Program-made: the position numbers and the translations under genes
Notes under the pieces: generated by a model
Seen by the model: only the letters and a program-made list of their open reading frames with translations
Database searches by the model: none
What the model was told of the DNA's origin: nothing
Part shown: positions 1 through 11,868 of the stretch, piece by piece
Layout of the letters: every line of letters begins with the position of its first letter
How positions within the stretch are numbered: the stretch's first letter is position 1
NCBI RefSeq assembly: GCF_030684895.1
Contig: NZ_JAUXXP010000016.1
Span: 4,244 to 68,243, forward strand
DNA: 64,000 nucleotides
Reading direction: 5' to 3'
Source: Pseudomonas sp.
GTDB lineage: Bacteria; Pseudomonadota; Gammaproteobacteria; Pseudomonadales; Pseudomonadaceae

Positions 1-552
1 GTAATCAGCCTTGATCTGCTCGAATACGCCTTGATCGAAGCCCTTGAGGTCCATCTTGTTGATGGCCACAACGATATGCTTGATGCCCAGCAGGCTGGCG
101 ATAAAGCTGTGGCGTTTGGTCTGGGTCTGCACACCATAGCGCGCGTCGATCAGGATGATCGCCAGGTCGCAGGTGGAGGCGCCAGTGGCCATGTTGCGGG
201 TGTACTGCTCATGGCCGGGGGTGTCGGCGATGATGAATTTGCGCTTGGCGGTGCTGAAATAGCGGTACGCCACGTCGATGGTGATGCCTTGCTCGCGCTC
301 AGCCTGCAGGCCGTCGACCAGCAACGCCAGATCCACCTCCTCGCCGGTGGTGCCGGACTTCTTCGAGTCACGGGTAATGGCTTCCAGATGGTCTTCGTAG
401 ATCATCTTCGAGTCGTGCAGCAGGCGGCCAATCAGGGTGCTCTTGCCGTCGTCAACGTTGCCGCAGGTGAGGAAGCGCAGCAGTTCCTTGCGCTCGTGCT
501 GGGCCAGGTAAGCGAGGATGTCTTCGCTGATCAGATCGGATTGGTGCGACAT
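1..552 (-). CDS. cysN: Sulfate adenylyltransferase subunit 1 (CysN/CysNC), N-terminal part; the gene continues past the window start
   Basis: It has no stop inside the window, so it is absent from the ORF track. Reverse translation from ATG (complement of 550-552) gives [49 protein letters not shown]...[15 protein letters not shown]. This contains the GTPase G1 (GNVDDGKST) and G3 (DTPGH) motifs typical of CysN. The start lies 1 nt after the cysD stop. Confidence 0.9.
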   Translation of the reverse strand, partial: MSHQSDLISEDILAYLAQHERKELLRFLTCGNVDDGKSTLIGRLLHDSKMIYEDHLEAITRDSKKSGTTGEEVDLALLVDGLQAEREQGITIDVAYRYFSTAKRKFIIADTPGHEQYTRNMATGASTCDLAIILIDARYGVQTQTKRHSFIASLLGIKHIVVAINKMDLKGFDQGVFEQIKADY

Positions 553-553
553 A

Positions 554-1471
554 TTAAAAGTACCCCTGACGTTTTTTCTCTTCCATGGAACCGGCGGCAT
601 CGTGGTCGATAACGCGGCCCTGACGCTCGGAAGTACGGGTCAGCAGCATTTCCTGAATGATGTCGGTCAAGCTGGTTGCAGTGGACTCCACCGCGCCGGT
701 CAGCGGGTAGCAGCCGAGGGTGCGGAAACGCACCATCTTTTTGGTGATACGGGCTTTCTCTTCGTCGGAGAGGTGCTCAAGGATGCGGTCGTCGTCGATC
801 ATGATCAGCGTGCCGTTCTTCTCGATCACTTCACGCTCGGCGGCGAAGTACAGCGGCACGATCGGGATCTGCTCCAGATAGATGTACTGCCAGATGTCCA
901 GCTCGGTCCAGTTGGACAGCGGGAACACACGGATCGACTCACCCTTTTTGACCTTGCCGTTGTACACGTTCCACAGCTCAGGACGCTGGTTCTTAGGGTC
1001 CCAGCGGTGCTTGCTGTCGCGGAAGGAGTAGACACGCTCTTTGGCGCGGGACTTTTCTTCATCGCGGCGCGCACCACCGAAGGCGGCGTCAAAACCGTAC
1101 TTGTCCAGCGCCTGCTTGAGACCCTCGGTCTTCATCACGTCGGTGTGCTTGGCACTGCCGTAGGTGAAGGGGTTCATGTCCTGCGCCACGCCATCGGGGT
1201 TGATGTGGGTGATCAGGTCCAGGCCGTACTCTTTGACCATCTTCTCGCGGAAGCTGTACATCTCCTGAAACTTCCAGCGCGTATCGACGTGCATCACCGG
1301 GAAGGGCAGCTTGCCCGGAAAGAACGCCTTGCGCGCCAGGTGCAGCATCACGGCGGAGTCTTTACCGATGGAGTACAGCATCACCGGGTTATCGAACTCG
1401 GCGGCTACCTCGCGGATGATGTGGATGCTTTCCGCCTCCAACTGCTTCAGATGCGTCAATTTATCGAGCAT
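554..1471 (-). CDS. cysD: Sulfate adenylyltransferase subunit 2 (CysD)
   Basis: 305-aa ORF with a PAPS-reductase-like fold signature ([31 protein letters not shown]). It is directly coupled to cysN. Confidence 0.95.
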   Translation of the reverse strand: MLDKLTHLKQLEAESIHIIREVAAEFDNPVMLYSIGKDSAVMLHLARKAFFPGKLPFPVMHVDTRWKFQEMYSFREKMVKEYGLDLITHINPDGVAQDMNPFTYGSAKHTDVMKTEGLKQALDKYGFDAAFGGARRDEEKSRAKERVYSFRDSKHRWDPKNQRPELWNVYNGKVKKGESIRVFPLSNWTELDIWQYIYLEQIPIVPLYFAAEREVIEKNGTLIMIDDDRILEHLSDEEKARITKKMVRFRTLGCYPLTGAVESTATSLTDIIQEMLLTRTSERQGRVIDHDAAGSMEEKKRQGYF

Positions 1472-1627
1472 GGCTACTCACGGCTATCTCATGAAGAGAG
1501 CGTTATTGGACGGCCTACGGGCCGTGGACGAGGGCGGCACTTTATCACAGCACCCTATTCTATTCAGGAGGCCTCTTAGATCGAAACGATCTAGCTTTAT
1601 ACCTACAGGAAAGGCCGGAAATGCGAC

Positions 1628-2386
1628 CTAAATGGGATTGGGGCAATCGATAAACACATGCTCAATGGCAAAGCGCCGCGCCAGATAATCGCCCAGCGCC
1701 TGCACCCCATAACGCTCGGTAGCATGATGGCCAGCGGCGATAAAGCTGATGCCGTTTTCCCGGGCGCTGTGGAAAGTCTGCTCAGAGGCTTCGCCTGTCA
1801 GGTACAGGTCAACCCCGGCGGCAATCGCCTGATCGATATAGCCCTGGCCACCGCCAGTGCACCAACCAACCCGGCGAATCATCGCGCCCCCCTCAACCAG
1901 CAGCGGCTCACGGCCGAGCACCTGATGCACATGGCGGGCGAAATCACGCGCGGTCATGGCTTCTGCCAGCGAGCCGATCAGGCCGACGGTACGCGAATTT
2001 TCCGGTTCCAGCGGGCCTTCCACGGTAATCCCCAGCTGCGCGGCCAGTTGTACGTTATTGCCCACCTCGGCATGCACATCCAGCGGCAAGTGATAGGCCA
2101 GCAGGCTGAGGTCATTGGCCAGCAGGGTCTGTAGACGGCGGCGCTTCATCCCGGTGATGCAGGGGTTTTCGCCCTTCCAGAAGTAGCCGTGGTGCACCAG
2201 CAGCACATCGGCTTGCGCTTCGACCGCTGCATCGACCAACGCTTGACTGGCGGTAACGCCGCTGACGATCCGCCGCACCTGTGGCCGGCCTTCGACCTGC
2301 AGGCCATTGGGGCAGTAATCATTGATGCGCGCAGCATTCAGGTAGCGGTCGGCTTCTTCCACCAGGGTCGCCAGAGCAATGGCCAT
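1628..2386 (-). CDS. Nif3-like dinuclear metal centre protein (YbgI / GTP cyclohydrolase 1 type 2 homolog)
   Basis: 252-aa ORF. It has NIF3 family hallmarks (DYCPNGLQVEG, LLVHHGYFW, AAGHHATERYG). Confidence 0.85.
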   Translation of the reverse strand: MAIALATLVEEADRYLNAARINDYCPNGLQVEGRPQVRRIVSGVTASQALVDAAVEAQADVLLVHHGYFWKGENPCITGMKRRRLQTLLANDLSLLAYHLPLDVHAEVGNNVQLAAQLGITVEGPLEPENSRTVGLIGSLAEAMTARDFARHVHQVLGREPLLVEGGAMIRRVGWCTGGGQGYIDQAIAAGVDLYLTGEASEQTFHSARENGISFIAAGHHATERYGVQALGDYLARRFAIEHVFIDCPNPI

Positions 2387-2496
2387 AAGGTTTCCTTATC
2401 AACAGTTGCACGGCGCTGCTTTATTCGCAGCGGCTTCTCTATAATGGCGCACCTTAAGGGGCACACCCGCCCCCGGCAACCCTCAGGATTGGATCG

Positions 2497-3639
<1,143 letters not shown>

Positions 3640-3684
3640 CCCCCTCCTTTTGCAAATTGCGCAACGCAAGCGATAACTCTTCTC

Positions 3685-3715
3685 AGATTTAATGTTATGT
3701 TATTACATTAAATCT
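3685..3715. promoter_or_regulatory. Perfect 11-bp inverted repeat (AGATTTAATGT-N9-ACATTAAATCT); candidate Zur/Fur-family operator
   Basis: Read directly from the sequence. It is an AT-rich island in GC-rich DNA, 21 nt upstream of the TonB-dependent receptor start. The core ATGTTAT...ATTACAT resembles a Zur box. A possible sigma70 promoter lies upstream: TTGCAA (3650-3655), 17 nt, ATAACT (3673-3678). Confidence 0.5.
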
Positions 3716-3735
3716 CAATTGAAGGATGCTCTCCC

Positions 3736-5820
3736 TTGCGCGCCGCCCACGCCTTACTTGCCAGCCTGCTGGTTCCCAGCGCCTTTGCCGCTGCAGCAGA
3801 AAACCCCGTTGAGCTGTCCACCATCACCGTCACCGCGCGCCAGGAACAGGCGGATGGCCCCGTGCAAGGCTATCGCGCCACCCGCTCAGCCAGCGCTACC
3901 CGCACCGATACGCCGATTGCGCAGATCGCCCAGAGCATCAACGTGGTACCCGCACAGGTGCTCGATGACCTGGGCACCACGCGCATCGACCGCGCCCTGG
4001 ACTTTGCTGGCGGCGTGTCCAGGCAGAACAACTTCGGCGGCCTGACCTTCCTCAATTACAGCGTGCGCGGCTTCACCACCGGCGAGCTGTACAAGAACGG
4101 CTTCACCATCAACCGCGGCAGCTCCAGCTCGCCGGATACCTCGGGTATCGAGCGCATCGAGGTGCTCAAAGGTCCGGCCGCCAGCCTGTATGGCCGTGGC
4201 GACCCGGGCGGCATGATCAATATCGTCAGCAAGAAACCGCAGGCCGAAGCTTTCAGCCAGCTCAGGGCCAGCGCCGGCAGCTGGGACCGCTACCGCAGCA
4301 GCCTGGACGTCAACACCCCGCTGAATGACGAGGCCACCCTGTTGTCGCGGATCAACCTGGCGGTGGAGGACAACCAGAGCTTTCGCGATCACGTCGGCAG
4401 CGAACGGCAGATCGTCAGCCCTTCGCTGAGCTGGCAGCTGAACCCCGACACCCTGCTGCTGATCGAGAGCGAATTCAGCCGCACCGAGTCGGTATTCGAC
4501 CGTGGCATTCCGGCGGTGAACAACCGCATGGGCGCGGTGAAAAACTCCAGCTTTATGGGCGAACCGAACGACGGCAGCGTGCGAAACGACAACCAGATGC
4601 TGCAGGTCAGCCTGGAGCGCTACCTTAATGACAGCTGGAAACTGCGCCTGGCCAACCACTACGCCCAGGGCCGCCTGCAGGGCAACAGCTCCGAGCCATC
4701 GCGCCTGGTCGGCGACACGCTGACGCGCTTCTATCGCCAGCGCAGCTTTGAGTGGAACGACAGCATCACCCAGGCCGAGCTGCACGGCAGCTTCAACCTG
4801 GGCAGCTGGCAGCACCAGACCCTCGCCGGCCTGGAGTACGAGAACTACCGCAACAGCCAAAAGTACCCGCAAAGCGCGACAACCCTGGGCTACGGCCAGA
4901 ACATCTACCAACCGCAGTACGGCCAGGCCAAGCCGGCCATCGTCAACCCCAACGATTTCTTTGAGCACACCGAGAGCTATGCCCTCAACCTGCAGGATCA
5001 GATCAGCTTTAGCGAGCGCCTGAGTGGCCTGATCGGCGCACGCCTCGAACGCTTCGAGCAAACCGCGCTGAACCGCAGCACGCGGGTCAGCAACAAGCAG
5101 AACCAGGATGTCGCCACCGCCCGCACTGGCCTGCTCTATCAACTGACCCCGCAGGTCGGGGTGTTCGCCAACGCCTCCACCTCGTTCAAACCCAACAGCA
5201 TCAGCAGCCAGGGCACGGTATTCAAACCGGAAAAGGGCCTGGGCTATGAGACTGGGCTCAAGCTCGACCTGCTTGATAGCCGCCTGGGTGCAACCATCGC
5301 GCTGTTTCATATCGACAAGGAAAACGTGCTGACCGCTGACCCGGGCAACCCCGGCGACAGCATCGCCGCCGGCAAGGCCCGCAGCCAGGGCCTGGATATG
5401 CAGTTCAGCGGCCAGCTCAGCGATGCCGTGCGCATCATCGGCGCCTACGCCTATATCGATGCCGAAGTCACCGAAGATAACAGCCTGCCCGTAGGCAGCA
5501 AGCTGCTCGGCGTCGCCCGCCACAGCGGCAGCCTGCTGACCGTCTACCAGTTTCAGGACGGCCGCCTGTGCGGCTCGGACATCGGCGCCGCGTTCAACTA
5601 CGTGGGGGATCGCTCGGGGCAAGCTGGCAGCAACTTCCAATTACCGGCCTACAACACCGTCGATCTGCTCGCCCACTACCAGGCCAGCGATGACCTGAGC
5701 ATCGGCCTCAACCTCAACAACCTGTTCGACCGCGAGTACTACGAGCGCGCGTACAACAGCGTCTGGGTCATGCCCGGCGAGCCGCGCAACCTTAGCCTCA
5801 GCCTGACCCTTAATCTCTGA
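3736..5820 (+). CDS. TonB-dependent outer-membrane receptor (siderophore/metal type)
   Basis: 694-aa ORF with a TTG start. It has a signal peptide ending AFAAAA, the TonB-box-like STITVTA, plug-domain motifs (IERIEVLKGPAASLYGRGDPGGMINIVSK) and a long beta-barrel region. Confidence 0.9.
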   Translation: MRAAHALLASLLVPSAFAAAAENPVELSTITVTARQEQADGPVQGYRATRSASATRTDTPIAQIAQSINVVPAQVLDDLGTTRIDRALDFAGGVSRQNNFGGLTFLNYSVRGFTTGELYKNGFTINRGSSSSPDTSGIERIEVLKGPAASLYGRGDPGGMINIVSKKPQAEAFSQLRASAGSWDRYRSSLDVNTPLNDEATLLSRINLAVEDNQSFRDHVGSERQIVSPSLSWQLNPDTLLLIESEFSRTESVFDRGIPAVNNRMGAVKNSSFMGEPNDGSVRNDNQMLQVSLERYLNDSWKLRLANHYAQGRLQGNSSEPSRLVGDTLTRFYRQRSFEWNDSITQAELHGSFNLGSWQHQTLAGLEYENYRNSQKYPQSATTLGYGQNIYQPQYGQAKPAIVNPNDFFEHTESYALNLQDQISFSERLSGLIGARLERFEQTALNRSTRVSNKQNQDVATARTGLLYQLTPQVGVFANASTSFKPNSISSQGTVFKPEKGLGYETGLKLDLLDSRLGATIALFHIDKENVLTADPGNPGDSIAAGKARSQGLDMQFSGQLSDAVRIIGAYAYIDAEVTEDNSLPVGSKLLGVARHSGSLLTVYQFQDGRLCGSDIGAAFNYVGDRSGQAGSNFQLPAYNTVDLLAHYQASDDLSIGLNLNNLFDREYYERAYNSVWVMPGEPRNLSLSLTLNL

Positions 5821-5843
5821 CCCACCATTCAAGGAACCCCAGT

Positions 5844-6572
5844 ATGCGTACTGCCAAACCCATCATGCTTACCGCACTGCTCGCCGCCCTACTCGCCGGG
5901 CACGTCCAGGCCCACGGCCTGTGGACCGAACAGCGCCGCGGCCATATCGAAACCATCTACGGTCACGGCGCCGAGGACAATGCCTTCAAGGCCGAGAAAA
6001 TCAGCGGCGCCTGGGCCTATGACCGCGCTGGCAAGATGATCCCGGTCAGCGTCCAGCGCCTGGACGATCACGCGCGCCTGCTACCACTGAAAACCCCGGC
6101 GGTGCTCGGCGTGGCGCTGGACAACGGCGCCTGGTCACTGACCCCGGACAAACAGTGGATCAACCAGGGCCGCAGTAAAGTGCCGAACTCGACCGAGTCG
6201 CTGCACACCTTTAAATACAGCCTGGCGATCTACCAGGAAGGCGCCAAGTTGCCGAAGCTGGATCAGTTGAAGATGGTTATCCTGCCGGAAGTCGACCCGC
6301 TCAAGGTCGGCCCCGGCAAGCCGTTGGCGGTGCGGGTGCTGGTGGATGGCAAGCCGGCTGCCGGGGTTGAGTTGGTGGGTGACTACCGTGGTGCGCCGCA
6401 TCAGGTCAGCGCCACCACCGATACTGAAGGGCGCGCCCAGGTGCTGGTACGCAACGAAGGGTTGAATATCATCAGCGCGTCCATCAGCCTGCCGGTCAAA
6501 GGCGACAAGGATATCGAAACGCGCGGCCTGTTTACCTCGCTGACCTTTCTCGGCAAAGCGCACCACGAGTAA
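5844..6572 (+). CDS. Periplasmic DUF4198-like protein, partner of the TonB-dependent receptor
   Basis: 242-aa ORF with a signal peptide (..LLAGHVQA/HGLW). It starts 23 nt after the receptor stop. The family call rests on the remembered DUF4198 pattern and its usual pairing with receptors, so it is moderately uncertain. Confidence 0.55.
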   Translation: MRTAKPIMLTALLAALLAGHVQAHGLWTEQRRGHIETIYGHGAEDNAFKAEKISGAWAYDRAGKMIPVSVQRLDDHARLLPLKTPAVLGVALDNGAWSLTPDKQWINQGRSKVPNSTESLHTFKYSLAIYQEGAKLPKLDQLKMVILPEVDPLKVGPGKPLAVRVLVDGKPAAGVELVGDYRGAPHQVSATTDTEGRAQVLVRNEGLNIISASISLPVKGDKDIETRGLFTSLTFLGKAHHE

Positions 6573-6584
6573 CACGCAGGCAAT

Positions 6585-6620
6585 AAAAAGCCAGCGCGGC
6601 TTACGCGGCGCTGGCTTTTG
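6585..6620. terminator. Bidirectional rho-independent terminator
   Basis: Stem AGCCAGCGC (6589-6597) pairs with GCGCTGGCT (6608-6616). It is flanked by an A-run on the left and TTTT on the right. Confidence 0.7.
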
Positions 6621-6621
6621 C

Positions 6622-6678
6622 GTAGCCCGGATGCAATCCGGGGTAGGTAGTGGCGCTCCCGGATTGCATCCGGGCTAC
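6622..6678. repeat. REP pair: perfect 21-bp inverted repeat GTAGCCCGGATGCAATCCGGG / CCCGGATTGCATCCGGGCTAC
   Basis: Read directly from the sequence. Each arm is itself a hairpin (CCGGAT-GCA-ATCCGG) with a GTAG head. The pair sits 3 nt downstream of the hisC stop. Confidence 0.6.
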
Positions 6679-6681
6679 AAG

Positions 6682-7734
6682 CTACAAGTCTTGCAGCGCA
6701 TCCAGCAGCGCCTGGTTCTGCTCCGGCGTGCCAATGGTGATGCGCAGGAACTGGGCAATGCGCTGCTGCTTGAAGTGACGCACGATCACCCCCTGTTCCC
6801 GCAGGCCAGCGGCCAGGGTCGCGGCATCTTTATCCGGGTGACGGGCAAAGACAAAATTCGCCGCCGAAGGCAACACCGCAAAGCCCAGCTTCTCCAGCCC
6901 AGCCACCACAACCTCACGGTTGTCGATCACCTGCTGGCAGGTTTGCTGGAAATACGCTTTGTCCGCAAACGCCGCCGCAGCGCCGGCAATCGCAATGCGA
7001 TCCAGCGGGTCGGAGTTGAAGCTGTTCTTGATCCGATCCAGCGCCTCGATCAGATCAGGATGGCCGACCGCGATACCGACCCGCAGCCCCGCCAGGGAGC
7101 GCGACTTGGATAAGGTCTGGCTGACCAGCAGATTGGGGTATTTATCCACCAGACTGATCGCCGTCTCACCGCCGAAGTCGATATAGGCCTCATCCACCAG
7201 CACCACGCTATCCGGGTTGGCCTGGAGCATGCGCTCGATGGCCTCCAGCGCCAGAGGGCAGCCAGTCGGTGCGTTCGGGTTGGGGAAAATAATGCCGCCG
7301 TTGGGCCGCGCGTAATCTTCCACGCGAATCTGGAACTGTTCATCCAGCGGCACCTGCACGGAGTCGATGCCATACAGGCCGCAGTACACCGGATAGAAGC
7401 TGTAGCTGATATCCGGGAACAGCAGCGGTTGGCCATGCTGGAACAGGCCGTGGAAAGCGTGCGCCAGCACCTCGTCGGAGCCATTGCCGACAAATACCTG
7501 GGCGGTCTGCACGCCGTAATAATCGGCCACCGCTTGCTTCAAACGGTCGCTGTTGGGGTCCGGGTACAGGCGTAGGTTGTCATTGACCTCGGCCTGCATG
7601 GCCGCGATGGCCTTGGGCGACGGGCCATAAGGGTTTTCATTGGTGTTGAGCTTGACCAGCTTGGCCAGTTTCGGCTGCTCACCCGGTACATAAGGCACCA
7701 GGTCTTTGACGAAGGGGCTCCAGAATTTGCTCAT
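6682..7734 (-). CDS. hisC: Histidinol-phosphate aminotransferase
   Basis: The ORF-track entry 6682-7797 was trimmed to the ATG at 7734 ([34 protein letters not shown]). It shows the class-II aminotransferase pattern with a TLSKS lysine motif. Confidence 0.9.
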   Translation of the reverse strand: MSKFWSPFVKDLVPYVPGEQPKLAKLVKLNTNENPYGPSPKAIAAMQAEVNDNLRLYPDPNSDRLKQAVADYYGVQTAQVFVGNGSDEVLAHAFHGLFQHGQPLLFPDISYSFYPVYCGLYGIDSVQVPLDEQFQIRVEDYARPNGGIIFPNPNAPTGCPLALEAIERMLQANPDSVVLVDEAYIDFGGETAISLVDKYPNLLVSQTLSKSRSLAGLRVGIAVGHPDLIEALDRIKNSFNSDPLDRIAIAGAAAAFADKAYFQQTCQQVIDNREVVVAGLEKLGFAVLPSAANFVFARHPDKDAATLAAGLREQGVIVRHFKQQRIAQFLRITIGTPEQNQALLDALQDL

Positions 7735-7766
7735 CTGCCCTTCTCTCCTCGAATTCTTCGGTTTGC

Positions 7767-7837
7767 GCAGGGTGGAAAACCGCGAAGCGTTTTCCACCGG
7801 ACAAGACGGTGGACAAGCAAAGCGTTGTCCACCCTAC
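7767..7837. repeat. REP doublet: two hairpins in inverted orientation
   Basis: The first hairpin is GCAG-GGTGGAAAAC-cgcgaagc-GTTTTCCACC (7767-7798). The second is GGTGGACAA-gcaaagcg-TTGTCCACC-CTAC (7808-7837). Both lie in the hisC-hisD intergenic region. Confidence 0.6.
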
Positions 7838-7847
7838 AAAACAGCCA

Positions 7848-9158
7848 TCAGCTCTTGATGCGGTACTCGGCGCTGCGGGCGTGGGCGGTCAGCGACTCGC
7901 CACGGGCCAGCACACTGGCAACCTTGCCCAACTCCGATGCACCCTCGGCCGAACAATGAATGATCGACGAGCGCTTCTGGAAGTCATACACCCCCAGCGG
8001 CGAGGAATAGCGCGCCGTGCCGGAGGTTGGCAGCACGTGGTTGGGGCCGGCGCAGTAATCGCCAAGGGCCTCGGCGGTGTAGCGGCCCATAAAGATCGCG
8101 CCCGCGTGACGGATCAGCGGCAAGTACTGCTCGGGGTTTTCTACCGAGAGTTCCAAGTGCTCTGGGGCAATGCGATTGGCCACTTCAATGGCCTGCGCCA
8201 TATCGGCCACCAGAATCAGCGCACCGCGACCTTCCAGCGAAGTGCGGGCAATCGTCTCGCGCTCCAGGGTCGGCAGCAGTTTGGCGATGCTCTCGGCGAC
8301 GCGGTCAAGGAAGGCCGCATCGGGGCTGACCAGAATCGACTGGGCGTCTTCGTCGTGCTCGGCCTGGGAGAACAGGTCCATGGCAATCCAGTCCGGATCG
8401 GTCTGGCCGTCACACACCACCAGAATCTCCGAAGGACCGGCGATCATGTCGATGCCGACCTTGCCGAACACGTGGCGCTTGGCGGTGGCGACATAGATAT
8501 TGCCGGGACCGACGATCTTGTCCACCGGCGGCACGCTCTCGGTGCCATAGGCCAACGCGGCCACGGCCTGGGCGCCGCCAATGGTGAATACCCGGTCGAC
8601 CCCAGCGATGCAGGCGGCCGCCAGCACCAGCTCATTGATTTCGCCACGCGGGGTTGGCACCACCATCACCACTTCTGGCACGCCGGCAACCTTGGCCGGA
8701 ATCGCGTTCATCAGTACCGAGGATGGGTACGAGGCCTTGCCGCCCGGCACATACAGGCCGGCGCGGTCCAGCGGCGTAACCTTCTGCCCCAGCACCGTAC
8801 CGTCGGCCTCGGTGTAGCTCCAGGAGTCCTGCTTCTGCCGCTCGTGGTAGCTGCGTACGCGCTCGGCGGCTTTTTCCAAGGCGCTGCGCTGCTCCGGGGT
8901 GATGCGGGTCAGGGCCAGCTCCAGGCGCGCGCGCGGCAGAATCAGATCCGCCATGGAGGCCACATCCAGACCGTCGAACTGCTTGGTGAACTCGACCAAT
9001 GCCACATCGCCACGCTCACGCACCGCCTTGATGATCTCCAGCACGCGATGGTTGACCGCATCATCCGAGACACTTTCCCAGCTCAGCAGATGATCCAGAT
9101 GCTGGGCAAAGTCCTGGTCAGCGGCATTGAGTCGGCGGATAGCGATAGGAGCGGTCAT
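7848..9158 (-). CDS. hisD: Histidinol dehydrogenase
   Basis: The ORF 7848-9206 was trimmed to the ATG at 9158 ([17 protein letters not shown]..). HisD motifs are seen throughout ([30 protein letters not shown]). Confidence 0.95.
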   Translation of the reverse strand: MTAPIAIRRLNAADQDFAQHLDHLLSWESVSDDAVNHRVLEIIKAVRERGDVALVEFTKQFDGLDVASMADLILPRARLELALTRITPEQRSALEKAAERVRSYHERQKQDSWSYTEADGTVLGQKVTPLDRAGLYVPGGKASYPSSVLMNAIPAKVAGVPEVVMVVPTPRGEINELVLAAACIAGVDRVFTIGGAQAVAALAYGTESVPPVDKIVGPGNIYVATAKRHVFGKVGIDMIAGPSEILVVCDGQTDPDWIAMDLFSQAEHDEDAQSILVSPDAAFLDRVAESIAKLLPTLERETIARTSLEGRGALILVADMAQAIEVANRIAPEHLELSVENPEQYLPLIRHAGAIFMGRYTAEALGDYCAGPNHVLPTSGTARYSSPLGVYDFQKRSSIIHCSAEGASELGKVASVLARGESLTAHARSAEYRIKS

Positions 9159-9280
9159 AGCGGGCCTCTTAAATTGGCAAATGCTCAAGCGCCCGTAGAG
9201 TAACAACCACTCCGCGCGGGCACCTGAGAATTTTGGCTATAACGCGGATAGGTTAGGCCGCACAGCGGCGGCCATAAGAC

Positions 9281-9916
9281 TCAGCGGGGGTGTCGCGCTT
9301 CGACCGCATCGCGCAGGGTGTCGATCAACGCCTGAATGCGCGCGTGCTGCATCTTCATCGACGCCTTGTTCACCACCAGGCGCGAGCTGATCGTAGCGAT
9401 CAGTTCCTGGGCTTCCAGGCCATTGGCGCGCAGGGTGTTGCCGGTATCGACCACGTCGATGATTTTGTCAGCCAAGCCCACCAGCGGCGCCAGCTCCATC
9501 GAGCCATACAGCTTGATGATATCGACCTGACGGCCCTGCTCGGCGTAATACCGCTTGGCCACGTTGACGAACTTGGTCGCTACACGCAGCCGGCCTTTCG
9601 GCTCAGGTGCCCCGACAGCACCAGCAGTCATCAGTTTGCACTGGGCAATACGCAGGTCCAGCGGCTCGTACAAGCCCTGGCCACCGTATTCCATCAGCAC
9701 GTCTTTACCGGCCACACCAAGATCGGCCGCACCGTGCTCGACATAGGTCGGCACATCGGTGGCACGCACGATCAGCAGGCGCACATCGTCCAGCGTGGTG
9801 GGGATGATCAGCTTGCGGCTTTTGTCCGGGTTCTCGGTCGGCTCGATGCCCGCCGCCGCCAGCAGCGGCAGGGTGTCATCGAGAATCCGGCCTTTGGAAA
9901 GGGCAATAGTCAGCAT
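9281..9916 (-). CDS. hisG: ATP phosphoribosyltransferase, short form
   Basis: The ORF 9281-9988 was trimmed to the ATG at 9916 ([19 protein letters not shown]..). The product is 211 aa, typical of short HisG ([14 protein letters not shown]). Confidence 0.95.
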   Translation of the reverse strand: MLTIALSKGRILDDTLPLLAAAGIEPTENPDKSRKLIIPTTLDDVRLLIVRATDVPTYVEHGAADLGVAGKDVLMEYGGQGLYEPLDLRIAQCKLMTAGAVGAPEPKGRLRVATKFVNVAKRYYAEQGRQVDIIKLYGSMELAPLVGLADKIIDVVDTGNTLRANGLEAQELIATISSRLVVNKASMKMQHARIQALIDTLRDAVEARHPR

Positions 9917-9920
9917 GGCA

Positions 9921-11198
<1,278 letters not shown>

Positions 11199-11444
11199 TT
11201 AGGAGCGCGCAGCCCAATCGGCACGGCTGAAGAATTTCATACTCACGGCGTGGATGCTGCCATCGGCGATCCAGGCATTGAGGTGAGCGTAGATCTGCTG
11301 CTGGCGTTTAACCGGGCTAAGGGCGGCCAATTCGTCACTGATCAGGTTCAGCTGAAAGTTGCAGCCTTCGCCTTCAACTTCCACCTGGGTATCGGGCAAT
11401 TTAGCCTCAAGGAGACTCTTTACTTCTAAGGCCTGCATGCTCAA
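11199..11444 (-). CDS. ibaG: BolA-family protein (IbaG/YrbA)
   Basis: 81-aa ORF immediately upstream of murA, the conserved position. BolA-like segments are present (FQLNLISDEL, PVKRQQQIYAHL, IHAVSMKF). Confidence 0.8.
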   Translation of the reverse strand: MSMQALEVKSLLEAKLPDTQVEVEGEGCNFQLNLISDELAALSPVKRQQQIYAHLNAWIADGSIHAVSMKFFSRADWAARS

Positions 11445-11559
11445 CCTCGATCACTGCATGAATTAACGACTGCCGAGCAGACGCTCGCGGGCCGAGCATC
11501 ATACAAAAAAGCCCCCCGCCTGCGAACCCCGCATTATTGCCAGCCGACCGAAGCCCCGC

Positions 11560-11868
11560 TCAGACCTGCAGCGGAAGAATCTCCAGCAGCCCGCAAACGC
11601 CCGCGATCTCACGCATATCCTTGGGCAGATTGCTCACGCTCAGGCTCTTGCCGGCCGCATTGGCGTCACGCATAAACGCCAGTAACAGCGCCAGCCCGAC
11701 GCTGCTGGACTTCTCCACGCCGGCGCAATCGAGCACGCACGCAGCGGCCGGACTGACCTTGAGCAGGCGCGCGCCTTGTTCGCGCAGCGCCGGGACGCTC
11801 AAGTAGTCGAGTACACCGACCAGGCTGAAAACCCCGGGCGACGCCTCGCTGATACTGGCCTGACTCAC
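11560..11868 (-). CDS. mlaB: STAS-domain protein MlaB
   Basis: 102-aa ORF that overlaps the mlaC stop by 4 nt. It is the last gene of the mlaFEDCB cluster. Confidence 0.8.
   Translation of the reverse strand: MSQASISEASPGVFSLVGVLDYLSVPALREQGARLLKVSPAAACVLDCAGVEKSSSVGLALLLAFMRDANAAGKSLSVSNLPKDMREIAGVCGLLEILPLQV

Noticed and set aside
31-1579. Plus-strand ORFs 31-612 (193 aa) and 518-1579 (353 aa)
   Set aside because: They lie antisense to the clearly recognisable cysN and cysD. Their composition is Ala/Gly/Arg/His/Gln-rich low complexity, typical of GC-driven shadow ORFs.
1577-1593. Palindrome TAGATCG-AAA-CGATCTA between the Nif3-like gene and cysD
   Set aside because: It has a short 7-bp stem with no U-tract on either strand and no second copy. 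It could be a CysB-region feature or chance. There is not enough support to call a terminator or an operator.
3886-5640. 584-aa minus-strand ORF inside the TonB-dependent receptor gene
   Set aside because: It is a shadow ORF of a high-GC gene. It has no recognisable motifs, and the opposite strand carries canonical receptor plug and barrel motifs.
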